DNA of 64,000 nucleotides from Octopus vulgaris (lineage: Eukaryota). Where the stretch lies: the NCBI GenBank assembly GCA_951406725.2, contig OX597819.1, forward strand, positions 38,192,001-38,256,000, read 5' to 3'. Positions 40,822 to 53,336 of this stretch are shown in pieces. Below the pieces are notes generated by a model. That model searched no databases, was not told the origin of the DNA, and saw only the letters and a list, made by a program, of their open reading frames with translations. Each line of letters begins with the position of its first letter. Position 1 is the first letter of the stretch. The translations under genes were made by a program, and so were the position numbers.

Positions 40822-43800
40822 TGAAAGTAGTAGTTGGCTGATGCTATGAGTTACATATTTCTAACCAATTTAATATAACTTGCATCTATTATTATTACAT
40901 GGTGGGTATTTTTTTTTTCTAGCCAACAAAAGAGTTTCTACATGATCGATTATTAATCCATAGCAGAGTTTGATAATTTCCAGTGCTACAATGAATCTAA
41001 CACTTCAATGTCTTCATTTGTGAGTGCGGAAGAGAGAGAATGTGGTATCATTGCTTTGGTTATGGGCAAGTTAAAGTTACAAGAAAAAATGTTATTGATA
41101 ACATGTTTCTCTAGAACACCACAGTAGGTGTCAGTTCACAGAAATGTCATTGTATGCTGAGTATTTTTTTATAGATTTCACTTCTAACTCACTAGATATT
41201 TTATTTGTTATATTTAGAAGTATGCTTTGTATATTTAGCGGTTACTTCTTTGAAAGAAATTATTGAAACTGAACATTTTTTATTGACCTTTTGCTTCTTT
41301 TAGAGTATTTGCTTTTTTTAGAAAAAGATTGTACTGTCACTGTTAATATGAACATTGGCAATGGAACAGATCTGTGTAATTGACTGAATAAATAATCTAA
41401 ATCTGTTATATTAATACTAAGGCTATAAATGTATTGTTATGAAATGTAGAACATTGATATGTTGTACAAGGAAAGTTTTGATTGCTTGGAGTAATATTCC
41501 TTGGTTATTCAAGTTTTGTTTATAATATCATTGTAAAATATATGACTAAGTAGAATTAATTTTTTAGATTTTATTCTTTTACAACAGGTGTTAGAATATC
41601 TCAGTTTCCAAAGTTTTTATGTTGATTTATAAGTCAGAAGTAAGAATTTATTCAGTTCAAATGTCATTTTGATATCATGCAAAACATTCATCTATTAATA
41701 TTTTTCAGTATGAATTTTAAAATCATCAATAAAGAAGTTGTAAATAACATTCATGCTCTTTTCATTAAAGAAACCTAACTTAAAACGATTCAGTTTCTTA
41801 ATTAGAAATACCTGAAATACTAAAATAAGTGACAGTTCAACATAGCTTAGTCTTGGGGGGTTTTAATTTGTTAGAAATAGTTTGTTAGTGACAAATGTTT
41901 GATAAGGATTTTGTCAACGATAGTCACAAGAGTTCTCCAAAGTTTCCAAGGTACAAGGTTTCAAATAGAATGTGTAAGAAAGAGAATTAAAGTGTTAAAA
42001 TACTTTTGCCATATTTTGGATTCCATTGTTTAAATCTTAGAAATTCCATTTTTATTCATTTGCATTTATTTAATATTGCTAAAAACCCATTTCTCTAACC
42101 CATTTCCTTATCAGCATTTATCATATTAGACTAGAAGCAGTAAAGTAATTACAGTATTTGATAGCATAAAAGATGCATGAGCATCTTGGATGCACATCTA
42201 TTTCAGCAGTGCATATTCAGGAAACAAAAAAAAAAAAGGAGAAGCTTTTAATACATTAAAGCATGTAATATTTAGTTCGAGGTTCAACTTAACATATAGG
42301 ACTCAGGGTGACTTTTTGAGATATATTTTTTATCTTGTATGTCATCAAGTAATTCAGCCATTGAATGGTTTATTATATATTTTACCAGTACATGTTTCCA
42401 TTTTTTTTAGTATTAGATCATCCAAAACTGTTTTTTAAAAAAATCAAACAAAAAATATCTAATCAAGTTCTCTTTTTAGAATACTTTTTTGTCTTTTGTT
42501 AAAAGTCATTCTCAACAAGGCAGCAATCAGTAATAAAATAAGCCCCAAACAACCACTTAGTTAGTATGCTGGGAGTCACAAGAAATAGAAATTAAAAATC
42601 TAACAAGAGTTGCCCTAAGAATCACAAAACAAGCAGCAAGAAATTTAAAAGAAATAAAATTATAATTATCTGGGAAACATGAAGGAAGTGAGTTCCATGA
42701 GGCATGTTCATGGAAACGCTTTTTACAAGACTGCACAACAGCAGTAAAATTTAATATCACCCAACCCTCTCATACATTCTGTTTTGTAGGTTTTACAAAG
42801 CTACTTGTAAAGGAATTGTTAGAACATACTTAGACTATAGCTACGATATTAGTGAAGTGTCTAGCAACTAGAATATTCTATTGAAACGGTTTTTAGCTCT
42901 CTTTTTCATTCAAACAAATAAGCAGCATGTAAAAATGATATTGGTATTTGTGATTTCTATGTTAGATGCTAGTTAGACCTCAAGGTTGTATGTAGTTCAC
43001 AGATTTAATTTATCAATGATATACAATGTATGCCTTCTAGGTTAAATCATTTATTTCCACATATTCAAGCATGCTTTGAAATATTTTCTTTTAATAAACT
43101 GCAAACACTGTTCAATCTATTTTTGAACATTTTATTTTTTCACGTATTTATATTTTATTATTATTTAAATAACACGATCAAGTGAAATGCATATTTCATT
43201 TCAGAAAGAATCTGAAATCAAAGTTTATATTTATATTCATGATTTGTGAATTGTACATATGAAAGAAATTAACCAGTAGTTGTTTAGATTTCATTTAATT
43301 CATAAGCTGTTTTAAGTTCCACTTTAAAAACATATAGGGCTGATGTTTAACAGTATGAATTCCAATTTGAGGAGCTTTAGTGCTGCTTTTTGTCTAGATT
43401 GGAAATGAAGGAAAAATTACAAAATCAAAAAAGATTTAAACTATATCTGCTAATATAGAAGTAAAGAGGCCAGCTATATAGATTATTCAGTTGGTTGGCA
43501 TGAAGTCATTTGCCAGTAGTCTCCAACTTCCGACTCACAAAAGTACTATCTCCTCAGTCTACTTGTTCTATATTACCTATAGTGGCCCCTGTTCCCCAAA
43601 ACTTGCTGGTCTCATTCTAACTTCATTCAAGTACTCTAACTCATTAATTCCCCTCTTATTACTTATTATTGTATCAACTCTTCCCTCGAGCCTTGCCCAG
43701 CCTTTTTTCCCCACAGTACTGAACATCAGAAATTCTCTCCCTGCTCATGTTTTCTCTGCAGTTATTAATTTTGAACTATTCAAGAGGAACATTGACTGTA

Positions 43801-44378
43801 TGCCACCTCTCTCACATGACCTGGAGAGGCCATGAGTACAACTGCTTCTTTTTCTATCACCTCAAATATCAGTACATTTATGCGATTTAGTAAATATTCT
43901 CATTCAAGGTTATTTGTTATTATATAAATCACCACAACTTCATAAGACAGTCTTTGAAAAATGAAGACTCATATTTGATATTTTCTTGGTTACATATATT
44001 ACCTATTGATGTGGCAATCCTGATTGACAACTCAATAAAGACAATTTCTATGAAAAATATGATTTCACAGTAAATGTTTTTATAATGCAATTACATTTGG
44101 AAAACACAGAGTAACAGCATAGTTTGTTACTTTCTTATTTGATTAAGTTAACATCAGTCTATAAAAAATTCCCTCTGATTCAGCAGCAAAAACTATTTAT
44201 CATAATCATTTTTCATACTTTGAATAAAATAAATCAAAATTAATTTAGGAATCCTTCATCTCAGAAAATCAAAAAGATCAGTCTATGAGTTATTGCATAT
44301 GTAGACTTAAAAGTGTTGTCATCATCATCATCATCATCATTATTATTATTATTGTTATTATTATTATTATTATTATTG

Positions 44379-44637
44379 TGCTGGCAGAAACGTTAGCACA
44401 CCGGGCGAAATGCTTAGCGGTATTTCGTCTGCCGTTATGTTCTGAGTTCAAATTCCGCCGAGGTCGACTTTGCCTTTCATCCTTTCGGGGTCGATAAATT
44501 AAGTATCAGTTACGCACGGGGGTCGATGTAATCGACTTAATCCGTTTGTCTGTCCTTGTTTGTCCCCTCTGTGTTTAGCCCCTTGTGAGTAGTAAAGAAA
44601 TAATAATAATAATAATAATTATTATTGATGATGATGA

Positions 44638-44670
<33 letters not shown>

Positions 44671-44678
44671 CATTATTA

Positions 44679-44721
<43 letters not shown>

Positions 44722-44890
44722 CATTATTATCATTATTATTATTATTATCATTATTATCATTATCATTATTATCATTATCATCATTATTATCATCATCATT
44801 ATTATTATTATTATCATCATTATTATTATTATTATTTTTATTATCATTATTATTATTATTATTATCATTATTATCATCATCATTATTATT

Positions 44891-44973
<83 letters not shown>

Positions 44974-45610
44974 AAAGGCAGTGAGCTGGCCGAATCATTA
45001 GCATGCTGGATGAAATGCTTAGCGAAATTTTGCCTGTTGCTATGTTCTTTGCCAAGATTGACTTTGTCTTTCATCCTTTCAGAGTCGATAAATTAAGTAC
45101 CAGTGAAACACTGGGGTCAATGTAATCAACTAGTCCCCACACCAAAAAAAAATTTCAGGCCCTGTGCATTTAGTAGAAATAATAATAATTATTATTAAGG
45201 TGGTGAGCTGGCAGAATTGTTAGCATGCTGGGCAAAATGCTTAGTGATATTTCGGCCATCTTTATGTGCTGAGTTCAAATTCTGCTGAAGTTGACTTTGC
45301 CTTTTGTCCTTTCTGGGTTGATAAAATAAACACCAGTGGAGCACTGGGGTTGATGTAATCGATTTATCCCCTCCTCCCAAAAATGGCTGCCTTGTGGCAA
45401 AATTTGAAACCATTATTATTATTATTATTGATGAGATGGCAGAATCATTAATATGTCAGACAAAATGCTTAGTAGCATTTCATCCGTATTTACATACTGA
45501 GTTTGAATTCTGCCAGGGTTGACTTTGCTTTTCATCCTTTTGGGGTGGATGTAATCAACTTGCACCTCCCCACAAAATTCAGGCCTTGTGCCTATAGTAG
45601 AAATGATTAT
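44379..45610 (+). mobile_element. Four same-orientation family A SINEs separated by (ATT)n/(ATC)n arrays
   Basis: Heads at ~44379, 44976, 45198, 45430. Confidence 0.8.
44600..44972. repeat. (ATT)n/(ATC)n trinucleotide array
   Basis: Direct reading; the poly-I/L/N ORFs are artefacts. Confidence 0.95.
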
Positions 45611-45720
45611 TATTGTAATCATCCTTTGTTTAAATCCAGTTGAGGTCAATTTTGTCTTTTGTCTGTGGAAGACCAGTGAAAATAAAGGTCAGTCAACTAC
45701 TGGGTCAAAGTATTAACTAA

Positions 45721-46157
45721 CCTTCTCCTCCTCTTTCTCCTCTCTATCCTCCTCCTCTCTCCTCTCACTCCTCTTCCCTTCTCCTCCTTCCTCCTCTTTC
45801 TCTTCTCTATCCTCTTTCTCCTTCTCACTCCTCTCTCTCCCTTCTATCCTCCTCCTCCTCTTAATCCTTTTCCTCCTCTTTCTCCTCTCTATCCTTTACC
45901 TCCTCCTCCTCCCTCTTCATTCCCTTCCTCTCCGTCCTCCTCTTTCTTCTCTCTATCCTTTACCTCCTCCTCCTCCCTCTTCATTCCCTTCTTCCTCTTT
46001 TTCCTCTCTATCCTTTACCTCCTCCTCTCACCTCTCTCTCCTCTTCATTCCCTTCCTCTCCTTCCTTCTCTTTCTCCTCTCTATCCTCTTTTTCCTCCTC
46101 TCTCCTCTTCATTCTTTTTTTTCTCTCTCTCTCTCTCTCTCCCCTCTTCCTCCTCTC
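45721..46157. repeat. Polypyrimidine (CT-rich) degenerate minisatellite
   Basis: Recurrent TCCTCTCTATCCT(T/C) units, almost no G. Confidence 0.9.
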
Positions 46158-48957
46158 AAGCTTGGTCCTAATATCATGAATATCATAACCATACCATCAC
46201 CATCACCGTCATAATCATCACCATCACTATCATCATCATTGTTTAAAGTTGGTGGACTGACAGAATCATCAGAGCACCAGACAAAATGCTTCGAATATTT
46301 CTTTTGGCTTATGTTCTGAGTGTAACTCCTACCAAGAACAACTTTGCCTTTCAGCCCTACATCATCATCATCATCATCATCCGTTCTCCATGCTAGCATG
46401 GGTTCGGCACGGGGCCAGGCGAGGCTGGCAACGGACACGAACGGATGGTGCTTTTACGTGCCACCAACACGAGGGCCAGACAGGGCTGGCAAACGGCTAC
46501 AGGATAAAATGAAATACCAGTTATATGCTGGGTTTGAAGAATTGAGTAATCCCTTTCCTAAAATTTCTAGCTTTTGTGTTTGTGTTAGAAACTATTGTTA
46601 TAAGTATTATTCTGAGCATGTGCTTTAACACTCTAGCATTGTGAAAAGTATTTAACAAAACTTGTTTACACAATGTCAGTGTATAGAAATGCGTCAGCTG
46701 TATTTTTTAATTTGTTTTCCCCAAGATTTTATAACTTTGGTTGATATAATTTTTATGACCATTAAATTAAAAATGATTGTGAAGCTTAAATAATAAAATA
46801 TAAATTTATGTTCACTGTTGCACACTTTAATAATGCTGATAAACTGCAGATAAAATAATTATGATTTAGCTTTTTGAGCTAGAAACAAAAATCAGACTCC
46901 ATCCATAAAAGCCATAATTCAGCGATAGCACTGATAGTTAGGCAATCAACAGAGTAATGAAAATACGTTTGTTTTTTTTTTAAATATAAATTCTGTGATG
47001 TGTTTTTATTGGAGAATCCAAAAATATCAGGGATGTAAATAAAAAGTATTACACACACAGCGGCTTTGTAGATTTTTAGACTTCTGTAAAATTGTTTTGC
47101 TGAATGGCAATATGGTTCTGGGTTTGATCCCACTGTGCCATACCTTAGTATCTTCTCCCATTCTGTTGAGTGGAAACAGAGACTGAAGGACTGTTCCTTC
47201 CTTTACCAAACAAGTTTCAAAGTTCCTTCAAAAAGGCCATGTTCACTGCTCTTCCTCTTCTAACTAAACTATGTAGCAAAAAAATAAAATGTTGCTGAGC
47301 TCATTTGGGAAGTAATCAGTTTATTCAATCTAGATCTAGCATTGAACCAATTATAGATTTTGACGATATTGTTCTGTTTATTAATTCTGTCACTAGCACT
47401 AAATAGCTTCTATTTTCCAAGTATGTGACTGATTGGTATATGATCTTAGAGACTGCACAAAATTAGAAAGAATCTTTCTGTTATCAGCATAGTTATGTCA
47501 CCATGTTTTAACTAATTGTTTTCATAGTGGTGCAAGATGACCAAATTTGAGCTTTCAGTAATGTAAATTGCAAGGTAGAATCATAATATCATCAAAACCT
47601 GAAGCATTATGTAACTTAAGTGTTGGCATTAATCACATATCCTTTTAAAATTAACTGAAATTATTTTTAAATGGCTGTTTTTTTTTCTTTTTTTTTTTCT
47701 TTTTTGAAATGGTTGGTTGACACTGCTCTCTTAGAATAATTTTTTCATAGTAAATAAAAACTAAGTTTTTATTCTATGAAACTAAACTGTAATTAACTGA
47801 AGATCTGGTGGGAATCAATATGATATTACTGACAATAAATGAATGCAAATACCCAGTCTCTGGGGACAGTCCAGTGTAGTAAATATTCATTTTAAAAGCA
47901 TTACATTTACAATGCTGAATTACTTCTGTTACACTGAATGCTGTTTATGATTTTTAAGTTTTTAGCTGTAACTCTATTGTAAAGTGCTTCAGATATTCTC
48001 TTCTAGAACTTTAATCAATGGAAACATGTTTTCTATCAATATATTTTTTATTTCTTTTATTGATATTACCTCTCATATAATTTCAATATCAGATATTATA
48101 CAATCTCATTTCTTTTATGTTTCCTTAAAATATTAAGCATTAGAAGAATTACATTACTTTTCAATGTTTTTACATGATCCTTACTATATCGATTATTGCT
48201 AATATCTAGTATTCTGTCAGTAATGTTACCACTTCACTCACTGAATCTGGCAGACATGTTTTGTCTGTCTTGTCTTTGATCTCTTCTGTACTGCTTCCTC
48301 TTATCCATTTCATTCATCTCCTCAGCCTTCGTTTATTTGCCTTTTAATTATTGATTATTATGTAAAGGTTTTTGGAGTACTGCAGAGAGATAATACAGGA
48401 TACTGAGCATCAATAATTTTTCTGTTTCATTTATTTTACTCCAACTATAGTATTGTATATATACACTAACTTTCTTTTTTCTTTGTTTTTTTTTTTGCCT
48501 TTGGAAAATGATGTGGTTTTATAGTTTGTTTGTTTTTTGTTAATCTTATTATGGACTTATTTAAAGGTAACAGAAATAATAGAGTGCTGGATTAAATTCT
48601 TTATAGGGGCCTCTATTGGTCAAGGTCAACCATGTGTCTGCATATACATGTGCAGGCTTATGCAATTTTTTTTTTTTAAGGATGACTGGCAGTTACTCAT
48701 ACACATGTCTTCTTCCTCCACACACTGCTGTTTATCCAAAGAAAAGCTTACCAACTTGAGCTGATATAGCTTGCCATAAATTTTATTATAGGCATTACTA
48801 TCAGAATGCAGAACTAGAACAGATACCACAACGCATCTTTCTGCTCTGATCCTCTTGCAATTCTACCAACCAGCCTCCCCGTATTGATACTTTTTATCAA
48901 CCTTGCAAGAGTGAAGGGCAAAGTCGACCTTGTGCTTTGAACTCAGAACTCAGAAAT

Positions 48958-50237
48958 ACCAGCTCAACTACTCAAATGTGGAAGTGATATATCTCGACTT
49001 TGCAAAGGCCTTTGATAAAGTCGATCATGGAATGATATGTTACAAACTGCGTGATCTTGGCATAGTTGGAAAATTGGGAGAATGGCTTCATGACTTTCTG
49101 AAGGATAGAAGTCTGGTGGTAGTAACCAATGGGGCCACCTCCAATGATACTCAAATAGTGAGCGGTGTTCTGCAAGACACTGTTTTGGGACTACTACTGT
49201 TCATAAAGGCCCTCTCAGACATGCCCTCAGCCACACACAGAGGCACGATCACAAATTATGCAGATGATACAAAAGTCTCACAGGTAATACAGAACCCTGA
49301 AAACACTATGCACCTGCAATGTGAGCTGGATGAAATATACAAGTGGGGCTGAAAAAAATAGCATGCAGTTTAATGCTGAAAAGTTTCAAGCCTTGTGCTA
49401 TCAGCATGCAAAACTAAATGCAATGCTCAATAAATATATTGGACCTGGAGGGATTGCAATCCCAGAGGCACAGTCAATGCGAGATCTGGGCATTTACATG
49501 AGTAATGATGCATCCTTTCATGTGCATGTTGCTAAATTGGCAATGAAATGCAGGCGGCTGACCAGATAGTTTCTTAGAACTTTTAGAACAAAAGACCAGG
49601 AAACCATGATGGTCCTCTGGAGGACACTCGTCTTAAACCACTTTGACTATTGCTCTCAGCTATGGTCACTAACCAGTGTCAAATTAATCTCGGAACTGGA
49701 GGCGATCCAACGAAGCTACACGAAGAAGATAGCCTCTGTGCAGCATATAAGCTATTAGGAAAGACTCAAGAGATTAAGACTCTATTCCTTAGAGCTTAGG
49801 CGAGAAAGATATGCCATAATATACATCTGGAAGATCCTGGAAGGACTTGTCCCAAACTTTGGCATCAAGAGTTACACAAATACCAGAACTGGGCACCACT
49901 GCATAGTGCCAAGGACTCCAAATTTGCCATCAAGGCGTAGGACAAGATACTGCAATAGCCTGGGCTTCAAAGGTCCACAGCTCTTCAATATCCTCCTGAA
50001 GGTCCTGAGAGGCCTGCATGGGGTGGATGTAGGTGTCTTCAAAATAAAGCTGGACCTCTTCTTGTCAGGTGTCCCAGATGAACCAACCTCGCGGCAGGAG
50101 GTGCAGATGAGGGCAGCTGCATCAAACTCTCTCATGCACCTAATGTCAATTCCTAAAAAGCATTCATGAAGTAAAATTATGTAGCAACACCAAATGGTGA
50201 TGCCCCAGCATGGCCACAGCTTGTGAGCTGAAACTAG

Positions 50238-50242
<5 letters not shown>
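48958..50242 (+). mobile_element. 5'-truncated CR1/L2-group LINE with disrupted reverse transcriptase
   Basis: VIYLDFAKAFDKVDH, SGVLQDTVLG, YADDTK, MQFNAEKFQ and RDLGI motifs; frameshift near 49350 and in-frame stops; 3' tail ends ...GCTGAAACTAGATAAA at a (TA)n tract. Confidence 0.9.
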
Positions 50243-50291
<49 letters not shown>

Positions 50292-50299
50292 GTATTTTT

Positions 50300-50600
50300 T
50301 TTCTGTAGTTTCAGTTCACAGCTGTAGCGATGGTGGAGCACCGCTGTTTTGCTACACTGATATTACTGAGGTCCTCGTCTAATATGTGGCACTTGGTGAG
50401 GAATGGAGTTTGAAGTAGCTACCCTCATTTACTCTTCATGCCATGATGTAGATTCATCCAGGACTCTTGACAGGGAGATGTCCAGCCTTGATTTAGAAAC
50501 GCCTACATCTACTTTGTGCAGGTTCCTCAGGCTCTTTGGGAGAATATTAAAAAGCCGTGCACCCCTGAAACCCAGGCTTTTGCAGCAACTGGTCTTGAAG
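50300..50600 (-). mobile_element. Diverged 3' fragment of a related LINE, tail-to-tail with the previous element
   Basis: ORF 50403-50651(+) mirrors ORF 49872-50135(-) (FEVATLI/FDAAALI, TPTST, LRLFGRILKS/LRTFRRILKS, PLKPRLLQ), so the two copies are inverted homologues. Confidence 0.8.
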
Positions 50601-51130
50601 CGTGATCGCTTTTATAAATATAGGGATGATATTATTAAAATACCATCATGAGTGGCAAGTGAATTGTCAGTTGTACAAGCAAATTAATAAAATATATACA
50701 TACGATATTAGATATGAACTTTTGCAGGCATGGTGGGGGAGAATGTTAGTAGTAATTTAGCTGGCAGGCTTTCGCTGATGAGAAATCGGGCTCGTATTTG
50801 GCACTGAATTTCGAAACCGGTATCAGGTTGACCAACATTTACTTATTCTGACCCAGTAGATGTAAAACATTATCATTGTTCGCTGATACTTTTTTCCTGT
50901 CATGTCTGTAATAGATTTGTGACTATTTGGTGGTACAGAAGTATTTTCCGACTTGTATTTTTTAGCGATATAGGTACTCATATAGTACTCTTGTGTATAT
51001 ATGTACATATCTAATATTGTATGTATATATTTTATTAATACAGCTGATAATTCGCTTGCCACACATGATGGTATTGTAATAATAAGATAAAAAACCAAGG
51101 CTGTATAGATATTAGAGCATTTATAGATAG

Positions 51131-51182
51131 GTCTTACAGCTGTTTCTAGGAAATTAATTAATAATATCCCTTCATCGGAGAC
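51131..51182 (-). ncRNA. Minimal type I hammerhead-ribozyme-like motif (Penelope-like retroelement relic inferred)
   Basis: Minus strand: GTCT-CCGATGA-AGGGA(tattattaattaat)TTCCT-A-GAAA-CAGCTG-TA-AGAC, giving stem I GTCT/AGAC, CYGANGA and GAAA cores, palindromic stem III and a GUA site. Confidence 0.55.
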
Positions 51183-51493
51183 GGTGTGAGAGGAAAATTA
51201 AGTCATAGATAGTTTAGATGTGATACAAAATAGAGAGTGAGGTGGAGGAAAGAAAATAGATGTAAGATATGTATGGGTATTGAAGTTGTAAATCCGTTTT
51301 ATAGGCATAATGGTATATATGCAATATTCCAATATCCTTTGAGTAAAATCCAAAAGTCCAACACGGTTTAATATGAGACCTTCCAAATATAGAGTTTATA
51401 AACAATGTAAGATTCCCTTATGAGTGAGATCTAGCAGATTTTTAAACTTGGTCATTCCCAGTAGGGAATTTATATACAGTGTTGCAATGTGTG

Positions 51494-51526
<33 letters not shown>

Positions 51527-51557
51527 ATTTATGTATGTATATATTTATGTATGTATG

Positions 51558-51614
<57 letters not shown>

Positions 51615-52099
51615 ATATTTATGTATGTATATATGCCATGGTAGATCACTAGCCTCTACATGTTCTTTATTTTCTCTCCAAGTGGGAAAAGAGGAAGACC
51701 ACAAAAATAGTAGAGCAACATTAAGACATAAACAAGGAGGAAAATGGTGGAAAATATGAGATTGGTTGATGACCAGGAAAAAAAGGGAGACAGTTTCATT
51801 TTTTACTTGATAGTGCTTCCACAGGCTATGGATTTGATTAATTAGTATAACATATGGCTAAAATGCGAAACAAAATCTTGAGATAGTTCAGTTTGTTTAT
51901 TTTTAAATAGAAATAATAAACCTACATTTCTTTTAGCAAGTTAGTGATTTCAAATCAAGCTTGCTCCGTTATAATTGTTTGTTTTTTTTCTTTTTTACCT
52001 TTGTTTCTGTAAATGATTCTGTAAAGAACTTGGTTCACTGTGCACAATCCATCAGTTTTTCTGCTCTTTTGTAATGGCTTCCATTACAAAAGAAGTTTG

Positions 52100-52153
<54 letters not shown>

Positions 52154-53095
52154 GTTCAAAAGTGGTTTGAGGGGATCAACATTTTTGTAAAGTCTTAGAG
52201 ATTAATTACTTATTTTCCCCTATTTTTATTCATTTCCTCTATATAGCACTGCTAATAAATTCTCTAATCAAAATTGAATTTACAATCCAATTTAGAATCC
52301 CCATTGGGCTCATTTTATGTGTGACCTTGTTGCACTGGCATAAAGCATGAACATTACAACTCTACATCTTCATGTGTTTATAAATCTAATGTTTTATCCC
52401 CTTACTAAATCTTTCATTTTTTCCTGTACTTTTTAATGATTTTTAAAATTATTTTTTCTTTTTGGCAATTTACCTGATGTAGTAGCCTTCATGCAGATAC
52501 AAAACATCAAAATGATTATTACATATATGTTGAACCCAAAATTTTTAGATACAGAGTTTGCTTTAATCTAAATTTTATCAAAATTTGCTATTAAATTAAT
52601 CCAAAATGTAAGCTGATGTTCAATATATGTACTTTTTCCATTAAGTTAAATAAAAAGATAATAAAAAAATAATCAATTAAACAATTCACAGATGGCATCT
52701 GACTAAAAAACAATAGCTAAAATAATGTTAATATATTTAATGTATGGAGCATTATCAAAAAAGTTAACTAGTAGAAAATATACACAGAGAAAAGGATGGC
52801 ACTACCCATTGTTTAATATTGTTTGTCTTTTTTTTAACTTTAATTTCTAGATTGTTCCATGCATTAAACATGTTAACACTAACTTATCTGAAAGAAATAT
52901 TGATGTAAGCATTTTGAAAATTCTAAATGTTGCTATATATTGTGAGCACTATATATATCAATATTTAAACAGATAAAAATACAGATATGTTACTTCATAT
53001 TCAAAATTTCTCATATTTGATTTTTGTGGATGCAGATTTCATAAAACTATATATATATATATGTTAGAAGGTTTGGAGATGATGTACAGGTATTT

Positions 53096-53336
53096 TATAT
53101 TAGAAGAAATGAGGTACTCAGAAATTCGGATGGTTTTATATTTACAGATATTTATTTGTATATTACATGTTTTTATACATCTTAGTTCGATTTGAAAGCC
53201 CCACTAGAATAGGAGAAAGCGCTAATATATGATATATGATATAAGTTATATGATGTATAAAACATGTAATATACAAATAAATATCTGTAAATATAAAACC
53301 ATTCGAATTTCTGAGTACCTCATTTTTTCTAATATA
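53096..53336. mobile_element. Foldback/MITE-like element with ~85-bp inverted arms and ~70-bp spacer
   Basis: 53096-53181 is the reverse complement of 53252-53336 with about 3 differences; TA-rich ends. Confidence 0.75.

Noticed and set aside
44537-45055. Poly-N/D, poly-I, poly-L and poly-M ORFs
   Set aside because: Trinucleotide microsatellite translations.
52067-52091. Short hairpin TTTTGTAATGG-CTT-CCATTACAAAA, terminator-like
   Set aside because: Intrinsic terminators do not apply in this eukaryotic context, and it is too short to call.
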